Assembly: GCA_964187785.1 (NCBI GenBank) | Contig: OZ076412.1 | Coordinates: forward strand, 81,716,001 to 81,780,000 | DNA: 64,000 bases | Source of the DNA: Amphiscolops sp. MND2022 | Taxonomy: Eukaryota | Direction: 5' to 3' | In this document: positions 61,601 to 64,000 of the stretch, piece by piece | Position numbering within the stretch: position 1 is the stretch's first letter | Layout of the letters: each line of letters starts with the position of its first letter | Notes under the pieces: model-generated | Seen by the model: the letters and a program-made list of their open reading frames with translations, nothing else | The model's database searches: none | Told to the model about the DNA's origin: nothing | Position numbers and translations under genes: made by a program

Positions 61601-63616
61601 TTTCTACCCGAAGCCCTGCTGGAGCCCATTTCAAAAACCTTAACACGACCCGATATTTTTGAACACTTTTAACACCCGACAAAACTGACCGAAAACGGAT
61701 TCGATACCCGAAAGTAAATGGTAAATGATAATCAGGTATAAGCATCATGTGAACTCAAAAATCCCATTTCTTAAACACAGAATTCAAAATTTCAACATCA
61801 GACAGTTTTTTTAGTAGACATCTGGGCTCTACTAGCTGTGCGAATAAGTCCAGCTTGAGTAAAATCTCGTTCACTTTGAGTACTGGTGGAAATTATATAG
61901 CCCAGTTTAATGAACAAATTTCTGATTTATCTTCCGAACTGTTATACGCAGCCCGAAAAAATTTAAGCTCGAAAAAGCACGGCTATACGCCCGTCCGGTC
62001 CGGCACGGCAACATTTAATCACGTGTTTGGTTCCAACTCCAATGATTGCATCGAACTTGTATACTTTCATTTTTGATAATTGTATTCATCATTTAACTTT
62101 GAGGATTTTTTTGTTGAATCCACCCACCCCCACCAATGCAATTTTCCCAGTTAAACAGTCAAGTGGAATTATCATTGAATTAAAAGTAACAGCCAATCAA
62201 ATTTCAGTATTTTGAAACTCTAACTGCAACTCAAATCGATTGCGGTAAATGGGGGAAATTGAATTTTCAGCGCTTACCATGGGGGTTTTAACAGAAAAGA
62301 TTTTTACTGTGACAGTAATTATAAACAAAATATGACAAAATACCTGAACTTTTGGAGACGAAAGACATGTTAATTTCCAATTTCGATCTAAATCCAAATA
62401 AGGTTCAACTTCAGTGCCATTTTTCCAAATTGCCAAATTTTGTGACTAAAATCTTTGATGAGTAATAACTGTTGAGTACAAGAATTTTGTTGGTCTCAAG
62501 GATCATGAAAAAATTAGATTTCTTTTGAAGTCCTCATTGGAAACTTCTTTCCATTCATTTATAATGAGAAATGTTGCATGAATCTTTTGTCAGCAGTAAC
62601 TATGCTGAAGTGAACATTTCCAGGAAATTATGCAGGAAGTGAATATGCCGACAAGCGACAAAATGACTTTGTTACCAACGTGTAACCACCACAAGAGTTG
62701 CAAAAAGTCTTCCATGCAACATAACTTAATTTATTTTTTATTTTTTTTATTACTTTATTTTTTTATAAAACAAGCCGAGAACGGCCAAAGTCGGCGCCAT
62801 ATCTAAGGCTCAAAATTGTAAAAGGGGGCCGAAAAATGTAAAAGGGGGGACCCTTCAGTATTTTTTGACATCCATTGTGTTGCAAAATAACGAAACAAAT
62901 GAATGGGGACCCTTTGGTGCAATCCAAAAAAATTCAAAAAAGTTGCATAGTGCCGAAAAAAAGTGGGCTAAGGGGGATCCTTAGTGTGTTTTCGAGGTTC
63001 TGGACGTGTTTTGTTTTTTCTTTTCGTTTTGGACGCGCTTCTGAGGTTCGAGTGTTTTGAACCTCCATAGTTCAAGTTGTTGAACAAATGAACAAAAAAG
63101 TTGACCTTACGCGAGTAAAAAAACTACCCACTGTAAGAGTAGGGCACATTTTCTTCTAAAATGCGCCGACTAAAAAACAATTGACTGTACTCATATATAA
63201 ATTTTATAAAACATTATGTAAGGCTCAATGTAGCTAGCCACCACTCGGGTAGAGCTTAATACCAGTCGCAAGAACAGTTTCTGTTTTCCAGAAAACTTCT
63301 TTTAATATTCAATTTTAAGAGGCCTTGCTTTGAAAAAAATCTTGTAAAATTTCAACGCAGCTTGTAAAACTTTCAAGTAGATTCATACACTTTTTAAAAC
63401 ATTTTCCAATTGGTATACAAAATTTTAGAAAAAAAATTATGGCATGTGCCGGGAAACGAACCCCTGACGATGATCTCCAGCAGTACATTCTGTCCGACCT
63501 CCACTATGGGGGGTTGCAGAAGTTCACTGATGAACACAGGGGGCTCCGAATTGACCTCGACCTGAATGGAACTCTGCTTGGTGACCACGTCCTCACTCCT
63601 GGTTATGCTCTTCGTG
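4489..63616 (-). CDS. Multi-exon giant Ig-repeat (titin/obscurin/twitchin-like) gene, partial; 9 exons in window, about 2.05 kb coding
   Basis: Nine GT-AG exons join in frame with matching phases at all 8 junctions: 63462-63616, 61116-61325, 57789-58073, 56840-57130, 30282-30581, 22858-23054, 14217-14367, 11072-11365, 4489-4656. The product is tandem I-set Ig domains (P-x-F start, G-x-P-x-P-x-V-x-W, D-x-G-x-Y-x-C/V-x-A-x-N-x-x-G). The exact orthologue cannot be assigned. Confidence 0.9.
5148..5607. mobile_element. MITE with about 25-bp TIRs and 8-bp TSD (Merlin/MULE-like ends)
   Basis: ggaccatgtcatctatcccccccc ... ggggggggatagatgacatgatcc (1 mismatch), flanked by CAGAAAAG at 5140-5147 and 5608-5615. 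Confidence 0.8.
6005..6773. repeat. Old foldback/MITE-like repeat
   Basis: 14-bp inverted ends gttgatcatactct / agagtatgatcaac and repeated tatggtc motifs. An internal stretch (6603-6660) recurs at about 58613-58670. No clear TSD. Confidence 0.5.
7922..8200 (+). repeat. Dispersed about 275-bp repeat; inverted partner at 15410-15683
   Basis: Aligns by eye to the reverse complement of 15410-15683 (e.g. gactcacaaaaaagagtcaattcgaagataatcac). Confidence 0.8.
9290..10810 (+). mobile_element. Decayed, internally deleted Ty3/Gypsy LTR element
   Basis: The LTR-like start TGTTATAC(C/G)GTTCAT occurs at 9290 and again at 10753, directly after the purine tract gaaaaagggggga. A broken RT fragment (ALDSRKLNES...MPN, about 10345-10410) resembles the RT at about 27430-27500. 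A third LTR-like fragment is at about 11912-11965. Confidence 0.6.
11072..11365 (-). CDS. Ig gene exon, complete Ig6 (FHAPQFASSLENV...GYPLPQVTWTKDG...DQGLYVCHASNEGG...VERS)
   Basis: Acceptor ttttccag|GT, donor TCG G|gtttga, 294 nt, phase 1-1. Confidence 0.9.
11386..11720 (-). mobile_element. Possible LINE 3' remnant with (ATT)n-like tail abutting the exon 11365 acceptor
   Basis: Only the attattattatt tail and a WN-containing fragment support this; weak. Confidence 0.25.
12572..13288 (+). mobile_element. Most complete copy of the HINE/Helentron-like non-autonomous repeat
   Basis: Subterminal inverted repeat agtcggcgc (12593-12601) / gcgccgact (13275-13283), 14-bp palindrome cgcttcatgaagcg (13264-13277), internal gggggaccctttgg tandem units. 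Classification is inference. Confidence 0.75.
14217..14367 (-). CDS. Ig gene exon, C-half of Ig5 (TFRKDEEHFLVILDVQPDDSAQYTVCASNSRG...VKVPIGYQ)
   Basis: Acceptor gtggcag|ACA, donor CAA G|gttaaa, 151 nt, phase 0-1; both neighbours are phase-compatible. Confidence 0.87.
14521..14810. repeat. Minisatellite built from CAAGAT: 3x40-mer, 3x27-mer, 1x40-mer, then decay
   Basis: tcaaggtgtcaagacaaaacctaagatcttgtcaagacat (40) and tcaagatccaagatcttaccaagatat (27). Related caagatctt clusters at about 15720-15850, 22085-22200 and 23620-23800. Confidence 0.9.
15410..15683 (-). repeat. Inverted partner of the 7922-8200 repeat
   Basis: gtgattatcttcgaattgactcttttttgtgagtc and its flanks match 7922-8200 in reverse. 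Confidence 0.8.
16450..16638 (+). repeat. 5' LTR-like repeat of BEL element (contains AATAAA 16478-16483 and tRNA-like 16495-16568)
   Basis: Identical to 21640-21827 except for one A. Confidence 0.9.
16639..21475 (+). CDS. gag-pol: BEL/Pao gag(partial)-pol polyprotein, uninterrupted; first in-frame ATG at 16712
   Basis: Gag fragment YLKTLVTGKAK and Cys-His knuckles (CAACKEKHPLWRC, CFSCFNQNHTFRQC); protease LCDSACS; RT YMDD; RNase H FGDSS; integrase HCHQG..CVTC, GIDYFGP, SDNG, GGVWER; C-terminal RPVVKLAP. Confidence 0.95.
21640..21827 (+). repeat. 3' LTR-like repeat of BEL element
   Basis: Starts TGT directly after the PPT-like tract; identity with the 5' copy ends at tctcgaaa. Confidence 0.9.
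22229..22731. mobile_element. hAT-type MITE
   Basis: 11-bp TIR CAGTGAATTGT / ACAATTCACTG, 8-bp TSD CTTTGAAG (22221-22228, 22732-22739), many subterminal ACACGA motifs. Confidence 0.88.
22858..23054 (-). CDS. Ig gene exon, N-half of Ig5 (LTGGEDKGPRML...VRWFKDSQLIKCTDRVK)
   Basis: Acceptor tataaag|GT, donor AAG|gttaat, 197 nt, phase 1-0. Confidence 0.88.
23114..23477. mobile_element. Tc1/mariner-type MITE, 59 bp upstream of the exon 23054 acceptor
   Basis: TIR ctcctgactaag-gtgtggtccct / agggaccacac-(ttagtca)-ctaagtcaggag, flanked by TA. Confidence 0.7.
25515..29257 (+). mobile_element. Internally deleted Ty3/Gypsy element (Mag-like), 211-bp LTRs
   Basis: LTRs at 25515-25725 and 29047-29257 (TG..CA, 2 mismatches), TSD ATAGT, PBS tggcacagtcagg at 25726, PPT ggagggggag before 29047. 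Confidence 0.93.
25938..29089 (+). pseudogene. Disrupted gag-pol of the 25515 element: gag + protease + start of RT fused to 3' part of integrase
   Basis: Knuckles CNRC..HEC and CGKCDKPGHFAKCC; protease IDTGS; TAA at 27273-27275. The RT start (PIPIHLQ..ALDSRKLN..DEIWI) breaks at about 27563 into integrase NGIPKTIRTNKATAF..GLVERG. No YXDD and no RNase H. Confidence 0.88.
29760..30175 (+). mobile_element. Divergent HINE-like repeat with embedded tRNA B-box fragment
   Basis: The tail gtcactgctatagtcgg...gcgttgactaaaaa resembles the family tail; ggctcgaac B-box (minus strand) at about 29990. Confidence 0.45.
30282..30581 (-). CDS. Ig gene exon, complete Ig4 (YSEELKPVFL...QVMWLKND...DSGVYKCVAMNQYG...IIR)
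   Basis: Acceptor tttcag|AC, donor AGA A|gttagt, 300 nt, phase 1-1. Confidence 0.93.
31927..32447 (+). mobile_element. HINE-like repeat copy
   Basis: aaacaagccgggaccggcccaagtcggca head and gcgccgactaaaaaa tail. Confidence 0.8.
32561..33030. repeat. Foldback MITE-like element with inverted arrays of a 17-mer (gcgacaactcatatcaa)
   Basis: 4-5 copies at 32561-32680 and inverted copies ttgatatgagttgtcgc at about 32960-33030. Confidence 0.75.
33545..33733 (-). mobile_element. Left half of a HINE-like copy split by the large Gypsy element (right half 56252-56675)
   Basis: The joined flanks ccgcgtaacatac|agtacc match the uninterrupted copy at about 1692-1712 (ccgcgtaacatacaatacc). Confidence 0.85.
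33734..35565 (-). repeat. 3' LTR (1832 bp), includes a duplicate of the gag N-terminal ORF (34640 to 33687)
   Basis: About 99% identical to 54413-56246. Confidence 0.96.
35474..36292 (-). CDS. Accessory ORF (272 aa from ATG 36292) in env position, function unknown; ends inside the 3' LTR
   Basis: Open frame; acidic/Pro-rich N-part, HHGDCYVC motif, basic RLRRR cluster; no signal peptide or TM segment seen. Confidence 0.75.
   Translation of the reverse strand: MALQFTVDDLIQPIVSLSYLSSDEEMEIDDPSQTSVRDDNQDSDIEVLACYREEHPFEPQTVTGRFMTTELPGGLDDLSIAEALYGPSYSDDNPPSDLVDLVLGQSPPSESFKPLNQRPIAHCSQLEPIPDTPQSPPIHEQGSYVGNFDTPWTTEQYPRWPDNDHITGVAVSTSGACGEPNIVHHGDCYVCGKSFDTIKEEILFNFLEQTHIDGESYQTRLRRRNAFQAGMQAGSFILVPRGVSQAADCDGNKYQVVPNDSHLSYIPGVLPL
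37534..41926 (+). pseudogene. Antisense, intron-containing gene: disordered N-terminus + BED/TTF-like zinc finger + hAT-transposase-like body; 3 lesions in this copy
   Basis: Exons about 37534-39751, 39868-40353, 40418-about 40556, 40624-40705 and 40779-41926. GT-AG introns at 39752-39867, 40354-40417 and 40706-40778 join phase-compatible frames. Zinc finger YCLICK...KGPREIIRHYSSERH. Lesions: 7-bp duplication at 39170-39183, a frame defect near 40545-40623 and TAA at 40835-40837. Confidence 0.8.
42105..43308 (-). pseudogene. pol: Gypsy integrase 3' part and C-terminal tail; frameshift near 42250-42330
   Basis: Continues IMT|KHTYLPTTLITDKG..PQTIGKLERTH across the TSD. The last frame ends GGKYNLRPNPTPNFTDEYRY* in a different frame from ORF 42244-43308. 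Confidence 0.88.
43309..49398 (-). mobile_element. BEL/Pao-derived non-autonomous LTR element nested in the Gypsy integrase
   Basis: LTRs at 48531-49398 (5') and 43309-44174 (3'), TGT..ACA, TSD GTCAT, PBS-like TGGTCCGCCGACCCGGA (48528 downward), PPT-like cagggccggcaa before the 3' LTR. Confidence 0.95.
44120..47656 (-). CDS. 1178-aa ORF: Gag-like coiled-coil N-part, unrecognisable middle, BEL integrase-like C-terminal tail; no PR/RT/RH/IN catalytic motifs
   Basis: Uninterrupted frame with a Ser-rich + coiled-coil block (SSKSSNAKRILLLELEAMKK..). The C-terminal NLRPPVVRLAPMF matches NLVRPVVKLAPVF of the BEL pol at about 21410-21445. No YXDD, HHCC or CCHC found. Confidence 0.85.
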   Translation of the reverse strand: MKARKKEMLEVQHPRMTNVFDQRNTNQSQELVDLRSRDLENDSDWYVWRFYVDAVATQVGRLRTLIKELDDKLDEQGAILRKEELNDWVFEYRENKQALLHNVDLMLDLTNKEKQRQLSRSVTEWKEFFAELEASWGYWFPDVKTLMKGPKDETDKTKLRQEASGTSTNAAMRCTHTRKLKQSSFNPTKRNGLVEATSEKKSLTQSRRVTEEERRVVGASNPSDVIKSISDVKVLPEQSNKGSVKATSKSNITTASSKSSNAKRILLLELEAMKKQDEIDEQLAAARRKAEIRRKQDEIDTLTEKLEIAKLEEEAARAKQVLKNDMDSARNEMQLKLTQSQKVTKQLQPSKGPQKCYRTFKASSTSRKPLTGTERRGQNPHSRNNMNEVANKESHLRNNKEACFGRTDSKSIVGSHWRSNHKSVESSSMMRIVKQTQPRHTSSKESSGDRNESLKRRKDELLGKQEERASLKALDCTTKGKCTVKKWKPEQMKCSDKCPNHGKLQDKTIKREAHEDSNMTNIESNANKGTSKNLIAEWMWNWPETFFVDNGWQDFRSEILLVDTEQVLEEEIHLVMSEHLVVQTEETLDYRMTETMQEHRSLAFASNNETSEEMSVQLELLQEMAEVSTVLQDVRQGKLFQVTVSYDITLLLEEGNKCYEFVKSYDFVNEQRYTLPEDLNEIVMHRKQSHVAMKHDKPAKCHAKIETQIVNATFGKKTDFDFNESLLEETIPSHSSIWNPWNGNGNSGMDAVAQANVIDETQLSNGHRKQLKKRSWKIEHNWNLIHGMEEGAQLNMNGTPQDDTLWLREFRDNSSVSRMEMCSLKVPTTASWSDGSCNGPAALFKTMWTRHGSFGKLEVFADLSEPVRNLDEKKLKFCSERSTVNLYKQKRKQNSTALQLFGENSDVATKNDVPVSKEQNAAQRLSSPYKSPPIGCKESIEHKRKNSSRRNVGNSLYLLMMMMDDSIISPERQIESLSMERLENELSLPYLPCGQSTLMREYVAEQILGNCLKTFSTYMEMYSLDVEIILEVELNVLKQFCIIPVKGSREKELVEHKKCRTLTIKFGIIGKTITSNETTVFWKYFVLCQLVDNNCMVSEMDYELEKHCSRERTQQTTGKHDYEAEDLRKTTMTDDNLRPPVVRLAPMFYESVFREKNRAGNVGASHPQAMKVDLEQVG
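49399..55319 (-). CDS. gag-pol: Gypsy gag-pol, 5' part (interrupted in integrase by BEL insertion)
   Basis: Gag knuckles CNYCKKPGHVKDDC and CPTCDKTNHPAERC; protease VDTGA; RT YVDD; RNase H TDAS; integrase H..H..CETC and IDLLP. Confidence 0.95.
54394..54412 (-). promoter_or_regulatory. Primer-binding site (TGGTGACAGGAG..., tRNA-Leu-like), lying inside the gag reading frame
   Basis: TGG directly after the LTR terminal CA. The tRNA identity is from memory of the tRNA-Leu 3' end and is unverified. Confidence 0.7.
55328..55333 (-). terminator. Candidate poly(A) signal in LTR, 8 nt upstream of the gag ATG
   Basis: AATAAA on the minus strand, at the expected R-region position downstream of the TATA box. 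Confidence 0.5.
55499..55506 (-). promoter_or_regulatory. TATA box in 5' LTR (equivalent site 34820-34827 in 3' LTR)
   Basis: TATAAATA on the minus strand about 180 nt upstream of the gag ATG. Confidence 0.6.
56252..56675 (-). mobile_element. Right half of the HINE-like copy split by the Gypsy element
   Basis: Ends gagccttagatgtggcgccgactt..cccggcttgttt, the reverse complement of the family head. Confidence 0.85.
56840..57130 (-). CDS. Ig gene exon, complete Ig3 (PATPPSFDL...GEPKPEIVW...DSGIYSCSAENRKG...VYVS)
   Basis: Branch-like ccactaac, acceptor ctttag|CC, donor TCC G|gtacgg, 291 nt, phase 1-1. Confidence 0.93.
57789..58073 (-). CDS. Ig gene exon, complete Ig2 (SNAPIFTERL...GNPEPKVTWF...AENERGKATTSAEIIVT)
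   Basis: Acceptor tttcag|CT, donor ACA G|gtaatg, 285 nt, phase 1-1. Confidence 0.93.
59334..59496. mobile_element. 163-bp Tc1/mariner (pogo-like) MITE
   Basis: Perfect 24-bp TIR cagtaaaccctcgattatccgcca / tggcggataatcgagggtttactg with TA on both sides. Confidence 0.92.
60400..61090. repeat. Degenerate about 375-bp tandem duplication
   Basis: actgaacccggtatccagta(g/a)gcattt at about 60600 and 60976, with similar flanks. Confidence 0.6.
61116..61325 (-). CDS. Ig gene exon (C-part of Ig1: GSPDPEIEWLRDD...DEGEYSIVARNSAG...LLVDD)
   Basis: Acceptor tttcag|GC, donor GAT T|gtgagt, 210 nt, phase 1-1. Confidence 0.92.
62768..63177 (+). mobile_element. HINE-like repeat copy
   Basis: aaacaagccgagaacggccaaagtcggcgcc head and gcgccgactaaaaaa tail. 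Confidence 0.8.
63462..63616 (-). CDS. Ig gene exon (linker + N-half of Ig1: ...EPPVFISELLQPPIVEVGQNVLLEIIVRG)
   Basis: Donor AGG G|gttcgt at 63461 is phase 1 and matches the next exon. The acceptor is either ttttcag|63616 (phase 2) or gacctag|63639 (phase 0); the upstream exon is outside the window. Confidence 0.8.
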
Positions 63617-64000
63617 CTGAAAAGGTCAAAGCTTTTGACCTAGGTCAAAGGTCAAATCAACACATCTTAGATTGTTTATCGTTTTTGGTTTGTCATCGGA
63701 TACAGAGCAATTGATACAGAAAGAGAAAAGGAGATTTTTCTAGCTCCAACAACTCGGATGAAAACCAATCATAATTCTGGAGGGCCTGATTATTCGTAAA
63801 GCGACAATTCTTCCCAAATTCCAAACAGCGACAATTAGTCACAATTATTGAAAGCTGCAAGTCGTCCCTAATTTAATAATGCATCCGGAAATATTACATT
63901 CAAGGCAGGTTCCCCAACAACTAACAAATTAATAGGACCTCATCTTGGCAAACTGGAATTTTTTTTTCGCATTCTTCGGTATTTCAAGACTAGTACGTTA

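Noticed and set aside
61560-61740. Possible MITE with acccga repeats
   Set aside because: No terminal inverted repeats or TSD could be defined.

Overview
AT-rich animal genomic DNA; the repeat families resemble those I recall from the acoel Symsagittifera, but this is unverified. One host gene spans the whole window on the minus strand: a titin/obscurin/twitchin-like multi-Ig (I-set) protein. I spliced nine exons by hand (63616 to 4489). They join in frame into six complete Ig domains plus the first half of a seventh, and the gene continues off both window ends. Its introns are filled with mobile DNA. (1) A BEL/Pao element at 16450-21827 has an intact pol, a truncated gag and two short repeats that contain a tRNA-like segment and stop at the same base. 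(2) An internally deleted short-LTR Ty3/Gypsy element lies at 25515-29257 (TSD ATAGT). (3) A very large Ty3/Gypsy element lies at 33734-56246 (1.83-kb LTRs, TSD CATAC; about 16.4 kb without its nested insert). (4) A BEL-derived non-autonomous element is nested inside its integrase at 43309-49398 (TSD GTCAT) and carries an open 1178-aa ORF with no enzyme motifs. (5) There are also many MITE/HINE/SINE-like repeats. The large Gypsy element is the standout. Its gag-pol ORF starts inside the LTR. Between pol and the 3' LTR it carries a divergent two-gene cassette: a sense ORF of unknown function and an antisense, intron-containing gene for a zinc-finger, hAT-transposase-like protein, which is disrupted in this copy.
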